Below, one piece after another: positions 1 to 10,747 of a stretch of 37,043 nucleotides of DNA. The DNA is from Tubiluchus corallicola (taxonomy: Eukaryota; Animalia; Priapulida), in assembly GCA_030141605.1 (NCBI GenBank), contig JAQGDQ010001510.1:1-37043 (forward strand), read 5' to 3'. Made by a program: the position numbers and the translations under genes. Within the stretch, counting starts at the first letter, position 1. Each line of letters opens with the position of its first letter. The notes below the pieces were generated by a model that saw only the letters and a program-made list of their open reading frames with translations, ran no database searches and was not told the origin of the DNA.

Positions 1-493
1 CTGCAGTTCCTCATATAAAATGTTGTATCAATTACTTTTTGGAACATACTTGCAAACATAATGTTCTGTTCAGCTAAAAATTAAAAAAAAATGTGGCACT
101 ATATTGTGCTAGAGAGCAAGCAAGGAACTTACAAAGGTTTTGTGTAGACATTGTCAATTTTAGTAAACGACATTTGCCTTTTCTTATTCGGTTGCTATGA
201 GAAACAGAAAAAAACAATTGTTTCTGCATGCTGCAAAAGGCATGAAATTTTTACCTTGTAAGAAACTGCTTCGACTGCCAAAGCCTAGATTGATGAGAAT
301 TTAGTTAAATTTAATGCATTTATAATGTGTGTAATGAAATGTGCCATTACAGAAATCCTCTAACATTATTTGTACATTTTCAGGATGTCCTTGTTTTCAA
401 CCAGATGACTGTGGTTAAGTAACAACCATTGATTTTTGCATCGCATGTATTAAGAATGATGGAATAACATGTAGACGCTATCTCAGAGCAACG

Positions 494-680
494 ATGTCGA
501 AACCACCAGCTGAAAATGTGCCTACCTACAAACTGGTGGTCGTGGGTGATGGTGGTGTAGGGAAATCTGCTTTGACTATTCAGTTTTTCCAGAGATTGTT
601 TATATCCGATTATGATCCTACAATAGAAGATTCATATGTACAACACGTTAATGTAGACGGATCGCTGTGCATCTTGGATG
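494..680 (+). pseudogene. MRAS: Duplicated first coding exon of M-Ras; this copy breaks off just after the exon-2 acceptor
   Basis: [33 protein letters not shown]...YDPTIEDSY...ILD, donor G|GTATAT at 680/681. The next acceptor TTGCAG|TGTTGGATA (~2205) runs into an unrelated purine-rich repeat, and no plus-strand exon 2 follows. Confidence 0.85.
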
Positions 681-1339
681 GTATATTTTCACATCTGTTT
701 GTCTCATACCTGCAAACTGACACGCATTAGGCGTGTGTCACATGCATTTTAAGTCTTTCACACGCGCAAGTGCATAAAATTTCAGTTCTCACGCATTCCG
801 CAACTTTACGCTCAAATTTTTCAATGGCTTCCTTGGCCACCAATACCAATCACAACATAATTAATAGTAGTATTCTCAGTACTGCAGTAATGTTCATGAG
901 CCTCGTGATGGTATCACACTAAAGGGTATTGCAATTATTCAAAATTAAGCACTTTTGGGTACTATTTCTTCATGTGTACAAAAGGACATAATTATCTATA
1001 TATAAATAAGTAGGGTGGTATAATAAATTATATAAATAAGCACGCTGAACTTCAATAACAGCATAAGAAAGCTCACTTGGTACCCAAAAATCACCTTAAT
1101 GTTCATTTTTTACTTCAGTTTTTTGATAATCTGATTTTGATGCCGAAAGAAACAAAAAATTACTGGGGCACAATTTGCTTCTCCCTGCCAGACGTGACCA
1201 AGCCCCGCAGTTTTTATCTTTCACATAGATGCTTAGATGTCGCATGCTAACTGCCTGTATTGTAAAATTTGTGTTCTATTGTCGCATTTATAAGGAGGAA
1301 AATGTTCATACCTTGTGTACAACTGAGTAAATTTATGTA

Positions 1340-2157
1340 CAGTCGAACCTCGTTGTACCGCCCACTTTGGCATTGGAAAAAAATTGCCCTTACAACGAGT
1401 TTGGCATTATAACAATATGCGTTAAATTTTGCCAAAGACGAATCACGAAATAGTCAGACAAGCGTACACAGGTTAGACTCATGAATTTTCACTCTAAAAG
1501 TTAATGAATTAAAAGAAAATTATTAAATTAATATTTTGTGAATTAATGACTCATTCAAAGTCAATCATCTTTATCAAAAACATTTTGTTTACATAATAAA
1601 TAAGTCTTATATTCAAATATAAACACATAATAGGCTGTTGACATACTGTTCCGCTAAACATATATATGTAAAAAAGGTTAACCATAACTACAAATTTCTT
1701 ACTGGAAAGGTTTGCTTGGATGATTCTTAGAAAACAAACAAATATCACGTTTCTTGTGGCTAAAAAAGAGCCATGCGTTTTCTTGTCAGTTGCTGTTATG
1801 GCTGCGTGGCACATTTACAATAATATCAGAGCAATCTGTCGTTTACTATTGTGAATGTACGATTGAGTATGATAACATGCATTATTTTACATGACACGTC
1901 ATGTCTGGTCAGTTTCAGCGCAGCATGTAGCAGCCTCCTACAACTGGCATAATATGAAGGTCAGTGGCGTGTTTGATGGTTTTTCCTCATTGAACATGTA
2001 TATTAATTTGCCTGGCGGATGTCGGGCAACGGGTTGTAGTATAACGAGTTATTTTTATAAGCAGTTGAATAAGCCATTTTGTTCCTGGCCATTTTGAAGC
2101 CAGTAAAGGAGTTTGTCGGTATAAGAGGGGTAGGTGCGGTGTAACGAGGTCTGACTG
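1340..2157. mobile_element. pogo/Tigger-like non-autonomous element (MITE) in MRAS intron 1, left copy
   Basis: TA|CAGTCGAACCTCGTT at the left and AACGAGGTCTGACTG at the right form imperfect terminal inverted repeats; no transposase ORF. Confidence 0.6.
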
Positions 2158-2213
2158 TGTCATCGTTTCTGTAGTCGTATATGTATTAGATGACTGTTGT
2201 TGCAGTGTTGGAT

Positions 2214-2487
2214 AAGGGAAGGATGAGTGAATGAAAGAATGGTTAGGGTCAGAAGAAATGATGGAATGGAAAAAATAGTAAGATTAGGGATAGGAAGAAG
2301 GAAGGGAGGGAAGGATGAGTGAATGAAAGAATGGTTAGGGTTAGTAGACATGATGGAATGGAAAAAATAGTAAGATTAGGGATAGGAAGAAGGAAGGGAG
2401 GGAAGGATGAGTGAATGAAAGAATGGTTAGGGTTAGTAGACATGATGGAATGGAAAAAATAGTAAGATTAGGGATAGGAAGAAGGAA
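2214..2487 (+). repeat. Purine-rich 92-bp tandem repeat, ~3 copies, with TTAGGG/GATAGG motifs
   Basis: GGATGAGTGAATGAAAG recurs at 2221, 2313 and 2405. Confidence 0.95.
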
Positions 2488-2807
2488 AAGAGGAGAAGAA
2501 ACTAATGATGACCACTCATTTCTCATCAAAACTTGACCTAATAACAAAGCAGTTTGCTTTAAGTTGCCTCAGTGGATATTATTATCAAAAATCATTTGCC
2601 TTCTACAGAATAGAAAGAACTCGATTATTAATAGCAGCTCTTAGGAGAACTTCAAAATATGCAGTCAGATGAAATGCTAATTCATCGTGATTAAAATTAT
2701 TTAAGTTATTACAACCTAGATTTTTTCAAATTTCTCACATTGCATTAACATCATCTAATTAAAATGTTCACTGTTAGCGCCATTATTATTATTTCTTGGT
2801 GTCCTAT

Positions 2808-2936
2808 GTGAAGGGTGGCTGATTCGAGAACCGTTTGGTTTTTCGCCACCCTTTCTCCATTATAATTGAATTTTGTTAGTTTTGATTCACAATGTGCTGC
2901 ACAACTCAAGGAGATGAATAAATTATCTATCTATCT
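2808..2936 (+). mobile_element. Probable 3' end of a non-LTR retrotransposon
   Basis: Stem-loop AAGGGTGGC...GCCACCCTT followed by AATAAA and a (TATC)n tail, as is typical of LINE 3' ends. Confidence 0.4.
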
Positions 2937-3590
2937 CACTTATCACTGCTGAAAATCAGGTAAAACAAAGTTTATGCAACAGTCACCTGCTCATTTGCCA
3001 AACAAACCTGGCACTGCTTAACTTTGCAGGTCGGCACACACTGTGGCCAATACATCCGCTTCCTTTAGATCCCGCACAGTTGTTTCCTCAGTTTAATTAA
3101 AGGAAAGGGCAAGTCTTCTGGGAAAATAGGCTGATGTCAATGTTTGCGAAAAATGTTAGCATTTAGTAATAAAAGTCTGATAGGCGTCTCATGTAATTAG
3201 TAAAATTACTTGGAAGTCATGATCAGTTCACGTTTAGGTGCTCCCATTTTAAAAGGGCCATTTTACGAAAAATCACAAAGTTCATCAGTTACATCATAAT
3301 TTTGAATTGAATGGCGGCTACCATCTGAAAATTTCTATACAGAATTAGTATAAATTAGTTTTAAACTTTACAGACAATTTACAGGTAAATTTGGATATCA
3401 CAATTTTCTAAGTTTAAGAGATAACAGTAAACTAAACCCGAAAAACTAAATGACTTGCCCTTTTCTTTAAGAAAAACTTCACACAATTCACTAAGAAAGA
3501 AATTTGAGAATTTTGATTTAATTGTTTCCAGCCGTTTACTGATTACCACAAACGAACATGGAGTAAAAGTGAATCCATATGATTGCATAC

Positions 3591-3670
3591 CTTATTACTC
3601 TGACTACTTGTTGGAATGCTGCATCCACGTTTAATGGTGGATCTTTGGCACTGGTCTCTATATATGGCAC
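3591..3670 (-). CDS. MRAS: M-Ras coding exon 4 (G5 motif)
   Basis: CAG|[26 protein letters not shown]|GTATGC, 80 nt. [10 protein letters not shown] is characteristic of M-Ras. Confidence 0.93.
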
Positions 3671-3792
3671 CTGAGTCACGTTAAAATAAAATAAACCATT
3701 AGCTATTTATAATGACTTTTAATAACTTGTGATGTCATTATTTATCAAATACTTGTGATTTTACCTTCAATATCTAAACTGGTGACTATAGC

Positions 3793-3900
3793 CAGGGCCG
3801 CCCTTAGGTAATTGGAGGCCCTAGGCGAAGAGAATTTGGTGGCCCCAAATGAAATAGAAAAATAAAAAATAAATACGAAAAAAAATGAAATTACGCAATT

Positions 3901-3963
<63 letters not shown>

Positions 3964-4052
3964 GCAGTATGTTCGCATGAAGCAAAAAAATGTTACCTCG
4001 GGGTGAGGCCCTAGGCGGTTGCCTAGTTTGCCTATACTTAAGGCCGGCCCTG
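3793..4052. mobile_element. hAT-like MITE with an internal (GA)n microsatellite
   Basis: CAGGGCCGCCCTTA...TAAGGCCGGCCCTG terminal inverted repeats; imperfect flanking duplication CTATAGC/CTACAGC. Confidence 0.65.
3904..3960 (+). repeat. (GA)n microsatellite, ~28 units
   Basis: Direct reading. Confidence 0.98.
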
Positions 4053-4195
4053 CTACAGCTATTAAAGAGAGCAAAATTATTTTACAACTGAATGAATCGA
4101 GTTATGCAGAAAATAATCAGATGCTAAGAAGTACAGTTACTATCATACTCTCAAGTTGTCTACGAAGCACTTAACAAGTTTTTTCTCTGACTTGC

Positions 4196-4295
4196 CTTGA
4201 AACTTGAAGCCAGTTCCCTGCCTTGCTCTTCGGAGACTCTTCGCAGATGCACTAAATCGACTTTATTCGCAACTAGAATCATTGGATACGAATCC
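4196..4295 (-). CDS. MRAS: M-Ras coding exon 3 (G4 NKxD motif), ending at a GC donor
   Basis: TTGCAG|(R)[33 protein letters not shown]|GCAAGT, 100 nt; phases fit exons 2 and 4. Confidence 0.93.
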
Positions 4296-4475
4296 CTGCA
4301 AGCAAAAATTGATCTAATTTAGACAAATGGTGCAGAGCCAATTGCCGTCAACTGTTCAAGGTGCCTGGCGGTCTAGTTCATCTTCTTTCAGCTTCAATCA
4401 TCTAATGTTAGCGCACAGTGGTGAACTGAAGCGTTCTGCCTTGTCATTTTTTAATTCTCATCATTAACAATCAAA

Positions 4476-5165
4476 TTAAGTCCTCGCTTAAACATTTCCC
4501 ATTTAATGATGTTTTGTTTTAACGACACTCATTATTTGACACCTTTTTTCACTTAATGACACACGTTTGACTTTAAACGATGATTTTTTTTTACTTTTTA
4601 TTTTATCAACACATTTTACCTAATTCTATGCATCAAAAAACAGTACATGTTACGTTATTCTTTTCTAAAAATACACTAGTAATGTAAACAGTGTAATTAT
4701 TACATGTGTTTTTGCTTTCCCACTGACTACTGAATGTTAGGCATTTGTATCAAGTGAGACCTGCGAGCAAACTTCATGTGTACAACCTGTTGCTATAGCA
4801 ACCAAACTAAGCATCTAGATAAAATTACCTAGGTTACCCCAGGGCCTGGCTTGACCCCGCCTTTTATATTGTTTAAGGGTTGCCTAGGCTTCGATGTTAA
4901 TGAAAGAGAAACTGCTACAGCCAGGTAATGGTAAGTAAAATATATAGGTGGTTTCAGGCAAGCAGAAGGAAATTGGTCAGTAGAGATGTGAATAAAACTC
5001 ATAAAACGTTTAAATTAAATTATTTAAACCAGCACTGATTTTTGCCTGTGAAACGTGTCTCAATTCTTTTACATTACTTTCTAAAGCCTTGGCTTCGTTT
5101 AACGATGTTTCGCTTAACATGCATTTTGCTGGAACGCATTCGTGTCGTTAAGGAGGACTTACTAT
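4476..5165. mobile_element. Degenerate Tigger-like MITE in MRAS intron 2
   Basis: TAAGTCCTCGCTTAA at the left versus TTAAGGAGGACTTA at the right, with subterminal TTAACGA-type repeats. Confidence 0.4.
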
Positions 5166-5447
5166 ATCTTTGTTTTTTTCATCAACTATAATTCACAAAT
5201 ACTGTATTCTTGCTAAACCAAGATAATTTTGCAATTGTAGACGTTCTACATTCTGATGTAATAATCGACTTGATCAGAAACTTTATTTTCTTAAATTTAC
5301 CACTTAAAACTTGAAAAAGTGCAATGGCTTACGAAGAAAACTAGTTTACGCTGTTACAACGGTGTCATTTCACCTACTTAGAAGATTGCAAAACCGGCAG
5401 TGCACGAAATCTAAGAGCAAAAGTTGCAAACTTGTACCGAAGCGTAC

Positions 5448-5601
5448 CTGTCTTTGACACGAAGTATTTGAGTGTAAAATGTCCGAATGTTCTCAAAGCT
5501 CTGCTTGTCGGTAACGGAATAAACGATGAGAAAACCGTCGCCTTTGCGCATATACTGCTCTCTCATCGCTGAAAACTCATCCTGCCCTGCTGTATCCAAC
5601 A
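5448..5601 (-). CDS. MRAS: M-Ras coding exon 2 (G3 DTAGQ motif)
   Basis: TTGCAG|[51 protein letters not shown](R)|GTACGC, 154 nt. Confidence 0.96.
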
Positions 5602-5867
5602 CTGCAACAATAGTCATCTAATACATATACGACTACAGAAACGATGACGCAGTCAGACCTCGTTACACTGCACCTACCCCTCTTATCCAACACTGCAACA
5701 ACAGTCATCTAATACATATACGACTACAGAAATGACGACACAGACAGACCTCGTTACACTATACCTACCCCTCTTATCCAACACTGCAACAATAGTCATC
5801 TAATACATATACGAGTACAGAAACGATGACACAGTCAGACCTCGTTACACCGCACCTACCCCTCTTA
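5593..5867 (-). repeat. 91-bp tandem triplication containing the MRAS exon-2 3' splice site, the first 9 exon bases and a MITE terminus
   Basis: TATCCAACACTGCAAC recurs at 5593, 5684 and 5775; on the minus strand it reads GTTGCAG|TGTTGGATA. Confidence 0.95.
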
Positions 5868-6645
5868 TACCGACAAACTCCTTTACTGGCTTCAAAATGG
5901 CCAGGAACAAAATGGTTATATTCAACTGCTTATAAAAATAACTCGTTATACTGCCACCTGTTGCCCGACATCCGCCAGGCAAATTAATATACATGTTCAA
6001 TGAGGAAAAACCATCAAACACGCCACTGACCTTCATATTATGCCAGTTGTAGGAGGCTGCTACATGCTGCGCTGAAACTGACCAGACATGACGTGTCATG
6101 TAAAATAATGCATGTTATCATACTCAATCGTACATTCACAATAGTAAATGACCGATTGCTCTGATATTATTGTCGATGCGCCACGCAGCCATAACAGCAA
6201 CTGACAAGAAAACGCATGGCTCTTTTTTAGCCACAAGAAACGTGATATTTGTTTGTAAGAATCATCCAAGCAAACCTTTCCAGTAAGAAATTTGTAGTTA
6301 TGGTTAACCTTTTTTACATATATATGTTTAGCGGAACAGTATGTCAACAGCCTATTATGTGTTTATATTTGAATATAAGACTTATTTATTATGTAAACAA
6401 AATGTTTTTGATAAAGATGATTGACTTTGAATGAGTCATTAATTCACAAAATATTAATTTAATAATTTTCTTTTAATTCATTAACTTTTAGAGTGAAAAT
6501 TCATGAGTCTAACCTGTGGACGCTTGTCTGACTATTTCGTGATTCGTCTTTGGCAAAATTTAACGCATATTGTTATAATGCCAAACTCGTTGTAAGGGCA
6601 ATTTTTTTCCAATCCCAAAGTGGGCGGTACAACGAGGTTCGACTG
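5832..6645. mobile_element. pogo/Tigger-like MITE in MRAS intron 1, right copy
   Basis: Mirror of 1340-2157: CAGTCAGACCTCGTT...AACGAGGTTCGACTG|TA. Confidence 0.6.
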
Positions 6646-7304
6646 TACATAAATTTACTCAGTTGTACACAAGGTATGAACATTTTCCTCCTTATAAATG
6701 CGACAATAGAACACAAATTTTACAATACAGGCAGTTAGCATGCGACATCTAAGCATCTATGTGAAAGATAAAAACTGCGGGGCTTGGTCACGTCTGGCAG
6801 GGAGAAGCAAATTGTGCCCCAGTAATTTTTTGTTTCTTTCGGCATCAAAATCAGATTATCAAAAAACTGAAGTAAAAAATGAACATTAAGGTAATTTTTG
6901 GGTACCAAGTGAGCTTTCTTATGCTGTTATTGAAGTTCAGCGTGCTTATTTATATAATTTATTATACCACCCTACTTATTTATATATAGATAATTATGTC
7001 CTTTTGTACACATGAAGAAATAGTACCCAAAAGTGCTTAATTTTGAATAATTGCAATACCCTTTAGTGTGATGCCATCACGAGGCTCATGAAAATTACTG
7101 CAGTACTGAGAATACTACTATTAATTATGTTGTGATTGGTATTGGTGGCCAAGGAAGCCATTGAAAAATTTGAGCCTAAAGTTGCGGAATGCGTGAGAAC
7201 TGAAATTTTATGCATTTGCGCGTGTGAAAGACTTAAAATGCATGTGACACACGCCTAATGCGTGTCAGTTTGCAGGTATGAGACAAACAGATGTGAAAAT
7301 ATAC

Positions 7305-7491
7305 CATCCAAGATGCACAGCGATCCGTCTACATTAACGTGTTGTACATATGAATCTTCTATTGTAGGATCATAATCGGATATAAACAATCTCTGGAAAA
7401 ACTGAATAGTCAAAGCAGATTTCCCTACACCACCATCACCCACGACCACCAGTTTGTAGGTAGGCACATTTTCAGCTGGTGGTTTCGACAT
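7305..7491 (-). CDS. MRAS: M-Ras coding exon 1 (P-loop GDGGVGKS, effector loop YDPTIEDSY)
   Basis: 187 coding nt with a phase-1 donor joining exon 2 (ILD|VLDTAGQ). An upstream acceptor TTTTCAG at ~7602 implies a further 5' UTR exon. Confidence 0.95.
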
Positions 7492-8679
7492 CGTTGCTCT
7501 GAGATAGCGTCTACATGTTATTCCATCATTCTTAATACATGCGATGCAAAAATCAATGGTTGTTACTTAACCACAGTCATCTGGTTGAAAACAAGGACAT
7601 CCTGAAAATGTACAAATAATGTTAGAGGATTTCTGTAATGGCACATTTCATTACACACATTATAAATGCATTAAATTTAACTAAATTCTCATCAATCTAG
7701 GCTTTGGCAGTCGAAGCAGTTTCTTACAAGGTAAAAATTTCATGCCTTTTGCAGCATGCAGAAACAATTGTTTTTTTCTGTTTCTCATAGCAACCGAATA
7801 AGAAAAGGCAAATGTCGTTTACTAAAATTGACAATGTCTACACAAAACCTTTGTAAGTTCCTTGCTTGCTCTCTAGCACAATATAGTGCCACATTTTTTT
7901 TAAATTTTTAGCTGAACAGAACATTATGTTTGCAAGTATGTTCCAAAAAGTAATTGATACAACATTTTATATGAGGAACTGCAGCAGAGTTTTTAGTATG
8001 CAAAAGTCAGAATTTTATTGATTTACTTCATTCATTCCATGTCATACTACATTACACACATAAAACATAGAAATCACATTATCATAAAGAGATGACAACA
8101 GAAAAATTTCACAAAATTTTAGTTTTTTACAGTGCGCCCGAAAAAGTAGAAGGATCATTAGTAAAATACGCTAAATTCCTATCGGACATTAAATTAAGTA
8201 TTATGGAAAGGGAAGTGTGGAAATAACAAAAAAATACTTTGTTACAAAATTTTTAAATGACAAACAAAAACGATATTCAAAAGTTCAACTCTAAACTTCT
8301 AAGTACGCCAACACTATTGATATTAAAAAATTTGTCAAAACGTCAAAAGAAAAACAAAAATCCGGATTTACCACTTGGAAACTTCACTATGAAACAATAG
8401 CGGTAAGCTTGCAACGTTCCAGTTTTAACGTACGTGTAGTTACGCGCATTTTAAACGCCAACAGTGTGAATGGACTGCCTATAGCATATGTACTAAACTA
8501 CTAATCAGTAATGAATAAAATACTGACTAATCTGATCGGTGATGAAATCATTATTGTGCTTGCATTTTATATATTCAACGGATACATGCCCATTGTTTTT
8601 AATCAAATAATTTTTATTCATAATAAAGTGCCGCTGTTAATCACATTTAGTGTTGTGAAAGAGAAGAACCAGCCCACAG

Positions 8680-9310
8680 TGAAATCAGTGCAGTCAACCA
8701 GAATTGGCAAATGCCAGCTGTATGACCCAAGTCGGATGACGGCCTGGTACCCTTTCATAGGGACAACATCAGGTAGTGGGCAAAGAGTATAAGGCTGAGT
8801 AAAGGGATGTCTGGCTGGGATGGACATCCAGGAATGCAATATGGCCTAGTAGATAAAGAGAGCATTGTTTGATGAGCAGTTGCTGCAATGTATTAGCTGG
8901 TGACTATGGTGAAGAAGATGTAAATTATCACATGCAGGTGACTTTGATGAAAATAGTCCAGGTAAGCAATTGAGGTCATCAGCAGAAACAGTCCATGCCT
9001 TGCTACCATAAAGCTGTCCAGTATAGAACAAAGTTCTTGGTCATCAAGCAGTTATTGCTTGTGGATCAGATCTTCGATTGCCAAAGTCATTTCTCGTTTT
9101 TGTGAATGCATCTCTCTTTCTATTACTACATCTCGAACTTGGGCAACCAGTCAGAAGTGATCTTTAAACCAAGATAAGTGAAATCACTGACGTCTTTTGC
9201 ATTTCTCCTGCAAATGAAAAGTAAGGAGCTGGAGGTGATTAAGTTCAGATTAAGTTCCTTGTTTTGGTCCAGCAGATGGTGGGACTCAAGAGAGAGGCAT
9301 CCATATGTGC
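8680..9310 (-). mobile_element. Degenerate RTE-like LINE 3' fragment
   Basis: Minus-strand peptides DVSDFTYLGLKITSD and QLYGSKAWTVS resemble the RTE-clade F.YLGS.I and LLYGSE.WT motifs after the RT core; frames are broken. Confidence 0.55.
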
Positions 9311-10580
9311 ACAGTAACAGCACCGCAGAGCATGTTAATTGCACCATTTTTACTTCAAAATTCAAAATAAATGCGAATTCAAAAGTGCACAGTTTTATTA
9401 ATGTGAATCCAAAAGTGCAAAATGCGTTGGTTCATGTTTTTTATCAGTTTCTTGCTGTTGCTGTTGTCGACATTAATTCCAAGTTGGTATATCGCAAGGA
9501 CACTCCATCCCTAAGTGGCAGATGCAGGATGGTGAGTGTTGTGCATAAATCCATTCAACTCAATGACTTGAATGAGAGGGACCTGTCATCTCTTGATAAT
9601 CCAACAGTAGCGAAAGCATTTACCCCCTGCCCTGGCGGTAAGGGCCAACCCAGGATTTGAACAACTACAACTGTAATGTTAGGAGAACAAATATTATCTT
9701 GCAAAATGTCAAGTGTAGATATAAAATAATTATATGATCATATTGTACATAATTGTATTGTAGCCATTGCCCAAAGGTTATATGTTTGTATGCAAATATT
9801 CTCCGAAGATGTATCCTTGTATCCTTATCAAGAAAGCCTTCAAAGTTACTATAGATAATGAGTTAGTCTCTAGTCATGCCACAAGCACATCTTCGAGTAA
9901 GCTTTGTCTGTGAGTGCTTTCCAGTCCGCAAGGTACCGAAATGAAGAAAGCATGTGACAAAAATGGTTATGTCACCTAATCAGTATCAGGATCAGAGCTT
10001 TTTTAATTCACAAAGTTTGCAATTACGGCAGCAGTTATTTTTACAAGAAATCAAAATTATAAGTAGCCAAAAAATGTCTTTACAATTTAAGCAGACTGTA
10101 GCAACAAAGTTTCAAAAAAACGACAAACTGCAATGATTAAGTGCCTAGTAAGGTCGATATTATGAAGGAACTAAGCTATTTAGCTTAGTTTTAAAACAAA
10201 TGGGCAACAAAAAAGTATTTACTATAGTCTCTCCTGCCCTTGAATACAAACATATCATAGCTGCGATGTATTTATTTTTCCATATTTAACTGATCATGTG
10301 GTCGTTTGCAAGCTTATCAATTTTTTGCATTTTTCCAGCTGTTTAATTGTTAAGCTATGGAAATGAAATAAATTTGATTGTTTCATGCCACAGACGATCT
10401 TGCCCAAATTTATTCTGCGTGAACACATATATAAATTCCAACGGAATCTTTTAATCATGATTATAAACCAGAAAAATAGTGTAAAATTGACTATTCCAGG
10501 ATACTAGTATTACATTTTTATATATAATATAAATTTTAACCACATTTGAATCAATGTGCGCTAACGAGTGTGCTCACTTA

Positions 10581-10747
10581 CCCCATAATTCTGGCAGTTA
10601 ACGGATTTCTATGGATGAATTCAACTGTGCCGTAACTGACGCTGTACATTTGTAAATCATTTATGCCTGCTCACTCGGCTTCAATCTGAAGTTATGAATT
10701 TCACTGTCATCTCGCTTTTCAGGTAGGCCATTTGATGTTTTCGGTCT
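10581..10747 (-). other. Candidate non-coding exon (possibly MRAS 5' UTR)
   Basis: Acceptor TTTTATAG| and strong donor GG|GTAAGT on the minus strand; all three frames are closed. Confidence 0.25.

Larger units (their letters stand above)
1..2216 (+). repeat. Left arm of a ~2.2 kb inverted duplication (pairs with ~5773-7984)
   Basis: Position 1 pairs with 7984 (ORFs 494..730+ and 7255..7491- are identical, coordinate sum 7985). Mirrored ORFs 1247..1435/6550..6738 and 1891..2097/5845..6099. About 15-20 substitutions and 2 small indels seen by eye. The arm may extend left of the window. Confidence 0.97.
5773..7984 (-). repeat. Right arm of the inverted duplication, carrying exon 1 of the more complete MRAS copy
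   Basis: Reverse complement of 1-2216. Confidence 0.97.

Noticed and set aside
681-730. 78-aa standalone mini-Ras ORFs (also 7255-7304)
   Set aside because: The tail [16 protein letters not shown] is intron read-through past the donor at 680/7305.
2214-2487. True or interstitial telomere tract
   Set aside because: Only scattered TTAGGG motifs inside a 92-bp unit; there is no run of telomeric repeats.
3745-4074. 109-aa ORF with an (SL)n tract
   Set aside because: It is the translation of a GA microsatellite within a MITE.
9178-9660. 160-aa plus-strand ORF
   Set aside because: GTG start, no recognisable domain, and it overlaps the antisense of a decayed LINE.
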